From: Eledone cirrhosa
Taxonomy: Eukaryota
Length of the DNA: 64,000 nucleotides
NCBI GenBank assembly: GCA_964016885.1
Contig: OZ024745.1
Location: 68,572,001 to 68,636,000, forward strand
Direction of reading: 5' to 3'
The position numbers and the translations under genes are program-made. The first letter of the stretch is position 1. Each line of letters begins with the position of its first letter. Below are positions 1-11,600 of this stretch, piece by piece. Under the pieces are notes generated by a model. It searched no databases. It was given only the letters and a program-made list of their open reading frames with translations, and was not told the origin of the DNA.

Positions 1-76
1 TACGGGGTCGATAAAATGAAGTACTAGAAATGCACTGGGTAATTGCTGGCCTTGTGCCAAATGAAGAAACAATTAT
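1..76 (+). mobile_element. 3' fragment of tRNA-derived SINE (family A)
   Basis: GGGGTCGATAAAATGAAGTAC...CACTGGGTAATTGCTGGCCTTGTGCCAA...GAAACAATTAT matches the 3' half of the copy at 27250-27374. Confidence 0.8.
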
Positions 77-737
77 GTTAGTGCTCAGGCATTTACACGT
101 TAATTGTACGTGCGGGTTATTCCGTTGATTGAACAATTGAGACAACTCGTCGTTGAAACCGTCGGAGATCCATTCCATGTACATAATATTATTTTATAAT
201 CGAAATTAGGTGTATAGTTTGCTGTGTATTGAATCACATCTACCCTTGTCAACATGCATAATATATAAATTCATAATATCCCGTGGTGTCTAATCTGTTA
301 ATGTTTGGAAAGCCTCTTGCACGTCTTCGCCAGTTAAGTCGTGTTTCATATAAGTGGCCTTGTCATGTATTTCAAAAGTTGTATACAGTAAGTGGCTGAA
401 GATTGAGTGTTGGACAATTAAGTATTCAGGAAGGATGGTTATATTAAGAGAATTATAAACGTATATTTGATGGTTTTTATTGACTTACTCTCACTATAGT
501 ACACACCTTAACTTTACATATTATATATACGTCACTCCGAATATAGGATCTTGTTTAGTGTTCGATTGTTTTTTAGTTTAAGTGCTAAATGTCAATAATG
601 TCCGGACAAGAGACGCAGTTTCATAAAATCGATTAAAATTCCATTGAAAACTGTTGGAATATATTATATCAAGGTGACCTGCTCTTCGCCTTTGCTTTCT
701 TCAATACTCTGATATTAACATTTCTTTTATTTATCTA

Positions 738-756
738 ACACGCACGCACACGCACA

Positions 757-821
<65 letters not shown>

Positions 822-830
822 GTATATATG

Positions 831-861
<31 letters not shown>

Positions 862-862
862 G

Positions 863-893
<31 letters not shown>

Positions 894-973
894 GTATATA
901 TATATATACATATATATAAATATACATATATATATATATATATATAAGTATATACGCACATACATATATATAA

Positions 974-1010
<37 letters not shown>

Positions 1011-1064
1011 TATATACGCACATACATATATATATATATGTGTGTGTATATATGTATATATATA

Positions 1065-1157
<93 letters not shown>

Positions 1158-1163
1158 GTGTGA

Positions 1164-1195
<32 letters not shown>

Positions 1196-1220
1196 ATATA
1201 CACACATACATGTATATATT
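738..1220. repeat. (CA)n/(TA)n/(TG)n compound microsatellite
   Basis: Directly visible; explains the YI/CV-repeat ORFs. Confidence 0.97.
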
Positions 1221-1466
1221 TGACAGCCGTTGTCAATGTTTAAGCAAGTAACATCATGAATTCAACAGATGTAAGGTGCTGCAGTATTCCATTTATTTTC
1301 TTTTTCACTGTCAAAGCTGACACTAGGATTTCCTTCTAATATTTCATATTTTAGTTTTTTTTAGAATATCTCAAAGAATATTTATTTAAATGAACGCTGC
1401 TTAGACGAATCTATAACTTTATATTGGCATAATACTGTTAGAGAAATATATAGCATTTATATTATA

Positions 1467-1494
1467 CTAGCAGTTGTACCCGACATTTCACGGG
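1467..1494 (-). mobile_element. Possible Helitron 3' terminus (GC hairpin plus CTAG)
   Basis: Plus strand A|CTAG cagttgta CCCG acatttca CGGG; on the minus strand this is a short hairpin about 8 nt before a terminal CTAG at an A/T site. Confidence 0.4.
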
Positions 1495-1871
1495 GAAGAG
1501 ATGACTAAGTCAGTGGACTACATTTTGGAAAATAATAATTGCAACTCTGCATAAATATATTATTTGAAACATTTCTATTCAATGTGAGAATATGTATGTG
1601 TGGGTATGTGCACATTTTCTCTTGCTTTTGCATTGCAACGTAGTGTTTCAGGAAATAGAGATCGATAATAAGTGTAATACACGGAAATAAGTACTAGCAT
1701 CAAGATGATCGACGAAACTCTTTAATACCTTGCTCTATATGATCGCAGTTCAGTCGAATGACTGACACTAAATAAGTGAAAAATCTCATTTATTTTTTAT
1801 TAATTTTGTTCCTTTGTTTTCTTGATTGTATGTGTGTCGAACCAAAACATCATTGCACCTCACAACTTTAA

Positions 1872-2092
1872 CCCTTTAGCATTTAAAGCGGACATATCCG
1901 GCCAGAATTCTCTCACCTCTTTCTGTTCAAACTGGCTGTATATAGTTGCCCATACTGATGTTAAGGTATTGTACTCAAAATAAATAACATCAAAATCTCA
2001 TAGATTCGATATCATGAGAGATAAGTATGTAAGGTAAAGCTTTTACCGTGAAAATATGATAGTAAATATAGAGTAATGTAAATGCTAAAGGG
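1872..2092. mobile_element. piggyBac-like MITE (about 220 bp)
   Basis: TIRs CCCTTTAGCATTTA (1872-1885) and TAAATGCTAAAGGG (2079-2092), flanked by TTAA and TTAC (mutated TTAA target site). Confidence 0.7.
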
Positions 2093-2419
2093 TTACACAT
2101 GAACAAAACAAAATCAGAGAGTCCTAGCAGTCTTCCCTTAGATATGCCAGACACTCATATCTCTCCTCCTCTTATCATGCATAATATGTCCAACTCCCCA
2201 TGTCCAGTAATAACTATTATGCACAATCCTTCTGCTCAGAACCTCATCCCACCGGAATTCTTTACGATCACATATCTTTCCTACATGAGTCGACATACAC
2301 CAACTTAAACTAAACATCAACAGTTTCAATCTCATGAATCTTAGAATACATACAAAGGTGGTATACACCGACCCTTTCTGTGGACCTAGCAAATAATAAT
2401 TAAAAAGAAAACTTAACAC

Positions 2420-2681
2420 ATTATCACCGCTACCACCATCATCACCACCACCACCACCATTACCACCACCACCACCACCACCACCACCACAACAAAAGCC
2501 ACCACCATCATCACCACCATCACCACCACCACCACCACCATCACCGCCACCACCACCACCACCATCACCACCACAACAAAAGCCACCACCATCATCACCA
2601 CCATCACCATCACCACCACCACCACCACAACAACAACAAAAGCCACCACCATAATCAACACCACCACCACCATCACCACCT

Positions 2682-2720
<39 letters not shown>

Positions 2721-2760
2721 CCACCACCACCACCACCACCCAACAACACCACCATACATC
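2420..2760. repeat. (CAC/CAT/CAA)n trinucleotide compound repeat
   Basis: Directly visible; source of the poly-G/poly-V ORFs. Confidence 0.95.
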
Positions 2761-3042
2761 TCTACCACACCCTCACCATACTACCATCCAACACCATACA
2801 AATACATCCGTACACAAGACACCATCTGCACGGCCACTACCACAGCAACATCGACATACTCAATTTCATCGGTCATACATAATGTCTTTATATGTATGCT
2901 TGTGTATGGAAGTAACCACACAAATATACCCACACACTCACACTCACACTCACATATGTAGCGTCGTGATCAAAGAACGCTCTCTCTCCCCTCACGCGCT
3001 CTATCAACATTTTTCCCATTCTTTTTTGAAATTTCGATAAAC

Positions 3043-3080
3043 TTTCTTCTTCTTCTTCTTCTTCTTCTTCTTCTTCTTCT

Positions 3081-3124
<44 letters not shown>

Positions 3125-3400
3125 GACACACACATGCACACAATCATTTTTTGACGTGTGTGTCTCTCTTTTTCTCTATATATTTCTTCTTCTCTAAGAT
3201 TTTCACTTTCAATATTGTTTCACCTCTCTCTCGCTCTCTCTTTTCCCTTAAATATTCTCTTTTTTTCCTCACTCTCGTCCTTTCTCTTTTTTCTATCTTT
3301 CTCTCTCCCAACCATTTTCTCTATTCTTACATTCTCCTTCTCTCTTTTCCTTTCTTTTTCCTCTTTCTTACTCCCCCATCCTCTCTCCTTCTTTCTTTAC
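3043..3400. repeat. (CTT)n, (CT)n and pyrimidine-rich low-complexity tract
   Basis: Directly visible. Confidence 0.9.
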
Positions 3401-3754
3401 AAAACAAAATAGCCAGATTTTACGATATGCATTTGGAAATATATACAATTGAATTTAAATATATTATTTGCTTTGTAAAGCAAAACCATGATTTGTCCGG
3501 TGATATAATGAATATATATGTGTAGTTTTATGCGTATTCGCTCTCTAATTTCTGAGTACATCCGGAAGACATACAGAGACAACTTTCCTTTATGTAGATA
3601 TATACACCGTGTTCATGTAATTCATTGACAGTAGACCATTGCTTCACAAATAATGTACACACACACACAACCGGCCCAGCCCCCAATATTATATTTTTCT
3701 CCCCAAAATACCAAAACTCATCTATTTGTATATGCGCTACAATTTATGTACATG

Positions 3755-4330
3755 TTATGTAGAGATAGATGGGAAAGATGGATATAGATATAGAGAGGGG
3801 GAGAGTTTCGTGGTAAATGATATAGGGAGGGGGATTGGAAGAGAGTTCAGTGTAGTATATATAGAGAGAGGGGAGAGTTTGGTAGTAATGGATAGAATGA
3901 GAGGGAATGAGAGAGAGTGTTGGATGGTAGATATAGAGAGGGGAATAGTTTGGTGGTAATTGATATATAGAGGGGGATTGGGGAAGAGAGTGTCGTGTAG
4001 TAGATATAGAGATGTGTATATTTCAATGCTTGTAGATATAAGGAGGGGTTGCGAGAGATAAATATTGCTAAATATAGAGAGGGGGATTGGGAAAGACAGT
4101 ATCGTAAAATATATAGAGGGGGGAGTTTGTGATGGATAGAGAGAGAGAGTACGATTACGAGAGAGTGTGGTAGAGATGGTGAGGGAGAGAATTTGGAGAT
4201 GATTGATATAAAGAGGGGGATTGGGAGAGTGATTTGTATGTTAGATATAGAGGGGGGGGGAGAATTTGCTGGTTGTAGATATAGAGAAAGTATAATGAGA
4301 GAGTGCCGTGTAGTAGACATAGAGAGGGTC
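3755..4330. repeat. Degenerate purine-rich minisatellite (GTAGATATAGAGAGGGGGATTGGGAGAGAGT-like)
   Basis: Recurrent GATATAGAGAGGGGG and GGGGATTGGGA motifs at irregular spacing. Confidence 0.7.
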
Positions 4331-4568
4331 CCAAATAATAGGAGGGTGGGAATAAGGTGGGGGTGGTCTTGGGAAATCGGTAATTGTGTAGTTTACGTTC
4401 GTAGATATGGGATTTCTTGTAATGTTCTTTTTTTGTCGTATATAATGTTTATTTAAATGTAAAATAAAATAATTAGACCTGAGAGTACATGAATTATTGA
4501 CGGACGTAAGAATGAAAACTCAAATCCGAAGTAAGGTTTAAATAATTTATTATGGCTAAGTGATGAGC

Positions 4569-4617
4569 CTTGTTACTCTGGAGTTTCATCTGCGTACTTA
4601 CAGGATCATCAGACAAG
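4569..4617 (-). ncRNA. Type I hammerhead ribozyme (complete core) within a fold-back element
   Basis: Minus strand: CUUGU-CUGAUGA-UCCUGUAAGUACGCAGAU-GAAA-CUCCAGAG-UA-ACAAG; stem I CUUGU/ACAAG, stem III ACUC/GAGU, GUA cleavage triplet. Confidence 0.75.
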
Positions 4618-4681
4618 ACTGGTGATCCTGTGAGTGTGCAGGAGAAACTTTAGAGTATCACAGCTCAGCCATAATAAATCA

Positions 4682-4729
<48 letters not shown>

Positions 4730-5620
4730 AGATTGCTAGAGGGCGATCCGAGCCTTGTGATTGAAATTGGGTTAACGGAAACTTCTAGAGTTCTGACGGT
4801 CAGCCAATTCACCAGACTAATTCAACTTTTCAATAAAGTTAAGTGCCTACGTTTCTGTGGAATTTACACGTTAATTCACAGTTGGACATTCAGTTGATCG
4901 AACAACCGAATGCTCATCGTCGTATTCGATGCATCCAAGTATAGATAGAAATATCAGAACAACAACAACCTAGCTAATTTTAAAGTTAATACAATTAAGA
5001 AAGTGCAGAAATAACTTAGCCAGAATTTTGTGTTAAGTTGTTCGAAAATCGTTTTGGTTTCATTTTCAACTGCTAGAGAATATTTCTACATTAATTAGTC
5101 ATCGATGAAGTGAAATAATTTAAAGATCTTGCTGAATTCTCAATAGAATATATTTCCTGTGAGATTATATTTCGTGCCAGGTTTCTGTCGTCGGTAAGCA
5201 TTTTCACCAGGCGATCTTTAAGTAGTCGTCATTAGCAAACGACGAAACTCTTGCATAAATGATATGAATATAGAGAAAGTAATGTTTATTAACTTACCAG
5301 CTTTCAGGGTTGTTTTGTCTCGAAAGATTACTTAGCTGTAAGAGAAACCAGAATTCTGTAGCATATCTCATTTTCATTTAGTTTTTCTGCCGCCTGCTAT
5401 TATACCTATTGACAGTTTGTTTACGGAGGCGGGTGGCGTCTAAGAACTTAGCAAAGCTGTCCATTTTGATTTAAATATGTGCAGCTCTGGAGAACTGAAA
5501 GGTCAGTTATGGTTAACATCTTTCTTGATTACAGTTAAACAACTTTTATTCAAATTACACCGTTTCTTTCTTCATTGCATCAAAAATACTTTCATCTCTC
5601 ATCCACCTGCTCTAGTTTCA

Positions 5621-5680
<60 letters not shown>

Positions 5681-5783
5681 CGTAAATATGTGTGTGTTCA
5701 TGGCAAGAATTATATATGCAGTGGAATATCTAAATACATCAATAATTTGAAAACGAAGATTTTCATGTCATCGAAAAACGATG

Positions 5784-5865
<82 letters not shown>

Positions 5866-5870
<5 letters not shown>

Positions 5871-6068
5871 TAAAATAACATTAAAATTTAAGCAACAGAT
5901 TGACTTTTTTAGTTTCAGAAGATCCCGTTAAGGGTGAAAGCAGCGATTCTTTGCTTAAACTTTAATCTGTTATTTTAATAAATATTTGCTCTACGGTTCT
6001 TATATATTTGATGTATATTTATCCTTATCGAGCCCTCTTTGGATTTTAGTCTTCAAATTTATTATTAT

Positions 6069-6072
<4 letters not shown>
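5866..6072 (+). mobile_element. Fold-back PLE-like terminal fragment with degenerate hammerhead core
   Basis: Inverted arms TTATTAAAATAACA..TTTAAGCAA / TTGCTTAAA..TGTTATTTTAATAA; internal CAGAAGA-UCCCGUUAAGGGU-GAAA; related sequence at 17710-17762 and (inverted) at 26140-26222. Confidence 0.45.
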
Positions 6073-6142
<70 letters not shown>

Positions 6143-6504
6143 CTGTATATATAAACATTTGCTTAACTTCAGGAACTCCGCAATTGGAAACTCTAGTCGC
6201 CACGATGCAGATAAGTATAATAATAGTTGATAACCATAAATAATAATTGAATAAATCGAGTAAGTACTCTTGACGACGAAAAAAAAATTGACAGAGATGC
6301 AGACGTGTAATCGAACCCACCATGTCTCTACATACCAGTCTTCCCTCGCTACACCACAAATTTTGTCGAAGGGAAAGACGTAAGCTGATACAGCTTGGTA
6401 CAAGTATCGTCGCATCATATATATATATAGACTATATAGGATATTTTACCAGGTAAAGGCAAATCCCGATAAAGTTAGTCACTTGTGTCACAACCTATTT
6501 TCTT

Positions 6505-6614
6505 AAGGTGAATAGACAAGAGCAACGTGAAATAAAGTGTCTCGATCAAGCTAGGGATTGAGCTACAACCTAAATATCGCATGCCTAACATTCTATCCAC
6601 TTAGCTACATGCCT
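6505..6614 (-). mobile_element. Degenerate tRNA-derived SINE (family B)
   Basis: GCAACGTGAAATAAAGTGTCTCG..GGGATTGAGC..CCACTTAGCTACATGCCT reads as the reverse complement of a tRNA-like head (A/B boxes); a similar remnant lies at about 7095-7190. Confidence 0.45.
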
Positions 6615-7400
6615 GTTATCACTACAAATGATGCCACAGTCATAGACAGGAATGTGAGGCGCACAGATTGTTAACTAAGCCATAGCGCATTATCTATCTC
6701 GATGCGTCCAAACTCCGGTTCTATAGTATGCTAAGAATCATATACACCATACCCAGTTCAGACAAATGTAAAAACATATATACAGGAATAACTGGGAAAT
6801 CAATAGCTTCAGTAGCTCCAGACGCTGTGCTGTGAGGTAGCACAACACGTGTAGAGGAACCGAAACAGACACATACAGAACGAACCCACCTTACCCGTGT
6901 CCGCAGTGGCCATTCACAAGAATCTGCAACCATACAGAAATTCCCTGGAGGGAGTGCAACATGCCTATATAGTATCACAAATTCCTCACTGCCCGTCGGA
7001 ATGCGATATTGTCATTAGCTAGTGTGTGTGTGTGGGGGGGGGGGGGATATTGCACCTGGAAAACATATGGGGGATATATATGTGAAATAGTGTCCTGTAA
7101 CAGAATCAATGCACCGCATGTTCCGGAAATTGAACTCACGACTTCAAGATTGGGAGCACAACGCACTTCCATAGCCATAAGCTTCGCACTTCCACTGTCT
7201 TCTACAAGGTAGGTTAGAAAAGACCTCAAGTGCGTAAAAGAAGGCTAGAGACTTTCTACATACAGTTATTAACTAGAAGATTGGGGTAGATTTATAGAAA
7301 GTGTTCCTATCCTCCAGTAATATTACTATAATGATGTAATGCATTAGTCACATAGCATTGACTAACTCGACAAACATATCCCGATCGTTGAATTCAATAT

Positions 7401-7615
7401 TGGTTTCGGATTTAGGGGCAAGGCCATTAATTTTGGGGGAAGAGAGTCGATTAGATCGACCCTAGTACCTAACAGGTACTTTATTTGATCGACCCCGTAA
7501 GGATGAAAGGCAAAGCTAACCTCAGCAGGATGTTAAATCCGATCGTAAAGGGCCGTAACTCTGTACCATCAAGCATATTGTCCGACGCTCCACCTATACT
7601 GCCAATCCACCGCCC
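7401..7615 (-). mobile_element. tRNA-derived SINE family A, near full length
   Basis: GGTACTTTATTTGATCGACCCCGTAAGGATGAAAGGCAAAG core shared with the other copies; tRNA-like head ends at CCACCGCCC. Confidence 0.8.
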
Positions 7616-8326
7616 TCTACTGCCACAAGATATTACCTTCATCTGCTGTTGACTGGAAATATCAACGATATCCCTCCCTCCAGTGGATCATACCAAGGAA
7701 TATCTTGGTTGTTTTGACCCTCACTGTAGCAAAATCGTTTTCGTTTTGTTATCCATGCAACAACCGCAACGAGCCGAATGCATCTGTTACAACTCCAGTC
7801 CTTTCAGAATTATTTTGTTTACTCCTCGCTGAGAATTGTTATTTACTCTCAACGCTGGTATTTATCTCAAATATTTCTACCATATCCATCATGAAGCAGT
7901 TTTTTTTTTATTTCCCTCTTTTTATTTCCAGTTATTGAATCATCACTATACTCTCCTTTCTCGACGAAATACCAATCAGTTAAGAAGACATAGCAAATCT
8001 AGTTACAAACCTACGACATTCAACCTCAACTGGAAGAAGCGTACACTGTCATCTCATATTTTAGACAATTCATTAAGTCTTTTATATTTTGGGTTCTTTC
8101 TATCGTGCGCCTACTCCATATTGCCTTCACATCAACTCAGAAATTTAGACATTTTTGTTAATCAGACTGTCATAAAATCGAGTTGCAGCATCCTCATAAC
8201 AATATAAATACGAACACTTTCTTTAAATCCACCTGTACGTTCCAGTCATTTTCACAATGCAGAAGATTTAGGTACCAACTCTATTTCGTTTACGCTCCTG
8301 CTGTTTTTCCATTCACTGCTGCGTGA

Positions 8327-8414
8327 TATGTATGTATGTGTGTATGTGTGTATGTGTGTATGTATGTATGTATGTATGTATGTATGTATGTATGTATGTA
8401 TGTATGTATGTACG

Positions 8415-8481
<67 letters not shown>

Positions 8482-8496
8482 GTGTGTATATATATA
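8327..8496. repeat. (TATG)n/(TA)n microsatellite
   Basis: Directly visible. Confidence 0.95.
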
Positions 8497-8663
8497 TTAT
8501 ACTACATATATCATATTTCCCGGCGCCGAAGACGCTTCGTCCTCGACCACGAACCCGAATTTTGACAACCAATGATTTGAAAAAAATATATATACAACCT
8601 TCGGCCTCCAGGACGTATGGTAAATTTTTGAGACTTATTTTACGAAAACGTAGCATCTTCGAC

Positions 8664-11600
8664 GCTGCTCAGCCTTAATTTTCATAAGGGAAGTATATAC
8701 TTTCGAACGTTCAACTATCTGGCAGATGGGTAAACGGTGCTGATGATAGCTAACAAGCTTGAAACTAGTACATCGTTCCTGTGTCAGTGTTGAACAAAAA
8801 GGTGACGTGGTTGCCTTAACACCGTATGGCATAAATTCAGGCTGTTCAGTTTGTTTACAAACGAACAAAGCGACGTTATAATAAGCGCCGCTAAACTGAT
8901 ACGTGCATATATGTATGTGTACCTGTATGCATATGTATGTATATATGTATATATATATATATATGTGCATGCTACTGTACGTCTGTATACATATATGTAT
9001 GTACGTATACATGCATACTTACATTTAAGTAAGTGCCATACTAAGAGTGAGAAATGAAATTTCGTTTTCATTTTGTTTCAATTTATCGTTTTCGGTATGC
9101 CTGACTGATTTAACTCACTCAACATGCAAATTAGGCTGCTCAGCCTTAATTTTCATAAGGGAAGTATATACTTTCGAACGTTCAACTATCTGGCAGATGG
9201 GTAAACGGTGCTGATGATAGCTAACAAGCTTGAAACTAGTACATCGTTCCTGTGTCAGTGTTGAACAAAAAGGTGACGTGGTTGCCTTAACACCGTATGG
9301 CATAAATTCAGGCTGTTCAGTTTGTTTACAAACGAACAAAGCGACGTTATAATAAGCGCCGCTAAACTGATACGTGCATATATGTATGTGTACCTGTATG
9401 CATATGTATGTATATATGTATATATATATATATATGTGCATGCTACTGTACGTCTGTATACATATATGTATGTACGTATACATGCATACTTACATTTAAG
9501 TAAGTGCCATACTAAGAGTGAGAAATGAAATTTCGTTTTCATTTTGTTTCAATTTATCGTTTTCGGTATGCCTGACTGATTTAACTCACTCAACATGCAA
9601 ATTAGGCTGCTCAGCCTTAATTTTCATAAGGGAAGTATATACTTTCGAACGTTCAACTATCTGGCAGATGGGTAAACGGTGCTGATGATAGCTAACAAGC
9701 TTGAAACTAGTACATCGTTCCTGTGTCAGTGTTGAACAAAAAGGTGACGTGGTTGCCTTAACACCGTATGGCATAAATTCAGGCTGTTCAGTTTGTTTAC
9801 AAACGAACAAAGCGACGTTATAATAAGCGCCGCTAAACTGATACGTGCATATATGTATGTGTACCTGTATGCATATGTATGTATATATGTATATATATAT
9901 ATATATGTGCATGCTACTGTACGTCTGTATACATATATGTATGTACGTATACATGCATACTTACATTTAAGTAAGTGCCATACTAAGAGTGAGAAATGAA
10001 ATTTCGTTTTCATTTTGTTTCAATTTATCGTTTTCGGTATGCCTGACTGATTTAACTCACTCAACATGCAAATTAGGCTGCTCAGCCTTAATTTTCATAA
10101 GGGAAGTATATACTTTCGAACGTTCAACTATCTGGCAGATGGGTAAACGGTGCTGATGATAGCTAACAAGCTTGAAACTAGTACATCGTTCCTGTGTCAG
10201 TGTTGAACAAAAAGGTGACGTGGTTGCCTTAACACCGTATGGCATAAATTCAGGCTGTTCAGTTTGTTTACAAACGAACAAAGCGACGTTATAATAAGCG
10301 CCGCTAAACTGATACGTGCATATATGTATGTGTACCTGTATGCATATGTATGTATATATGTATATATATATATATATGTGCATGCTACTGTACGTCTGTA
10401 TACATATATGTATGTACGTATACATGCATACTTACATTTAAGTAAGTGCCATACTAAGAGTGAGAAATGAAATTTCGTTTTCATTTTGTTTCAATTTATC
10501 GTTTTCGGTATGCCTGACTGATTTAACTCACTCAACATGCAAATTAGGCTGCTCAGCCTTAATTTTCATAAGGGAAGTATATACTTTCGAACGTTCAACT
10601 ATCTGGCAGATGGGTAAACGGTGCTGATGATAGCTAACAAGCTTGAAACTAGTACATCGTTCCTGTGTCAGTGTTGAACAAAAAGGTGACGTGGTTGCCT
10701 TAACACCGTATGGCATAAATTCAGGCTGTTCAGTTTGTTTACAAACGAACAAAGCGACGTTATAATAAGCGCCGCTAAACTGATACGTGCATATATGTAT
10801 GTGTACCTGTATGCATATGTATGTATATATGTATATATATATATATATGTGCATGCTACTGTACGTCTGTATACATATATGTATGTACGTATACATGCAT
10901 ACTTACATTTAAGTAAGTGCCATACTAAGAGTGAGAAATGAAATTTCGTTTTCATTTTGTTTCAATTTATCGTTTTCGGTATGCCTGACTGATTTAACTC
11001 ACTCAACATGCAAATTAGGCTGCTCAGCCTTAATTTTCATAAGGGAAGTATATACTTTCGAACGTTCAACTATCTGGCAGATGGGTAAACGGTGCTGATG
11101 ATAGCTAACAAGCTTGAAACTAGTACATCGTTCCTGTGTCAGTGTTGAACAAAAAGGTGACGTGGTTGCCTTAACACCGTATGGCATAAATTCAGGCTGT
11201 TCAGTTTGTTTACAAACGAACAAAGCGACGTTATAATAAGCGCCGCTAAACTGATACGTGCATATATGTATGTGTACCTGTATGCATATGTATGTATATA
11301 TGTATATATATATATATATGTGCATGCTACTGTACGTCTGTATACATATATGTATGTACGTATACATGCATACTTACATTTAAGTAAGTGCCATACTAAG
11401 AGTGAGAAATGAAATTTCGTTTTCATTTTGTTTCAATTTATCGTTTTCGGTATGCCTGACTGATTTAACTCACTCAACATGCAAATTAGGCTGCTCAGCC
11501 TTAATTTTCATAAGGGAAGTATATACTTTCGAACGTTCAACTATCTGGCAGATGGGTAAACGGTGCTGATGATAGCTAACAAGCTTGAAACTAGTACATC

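Noticed and set aside
727-2755. Long YI-, V- and G-rich ORFs
   Set aside because: Translations of di- and trinucleotide microsatellites
6160-6205. GAAACTCTAGTC as a hammerhead 3' half
   Set aside because: No CUGANGA or stem I partner nearby; too weak to call
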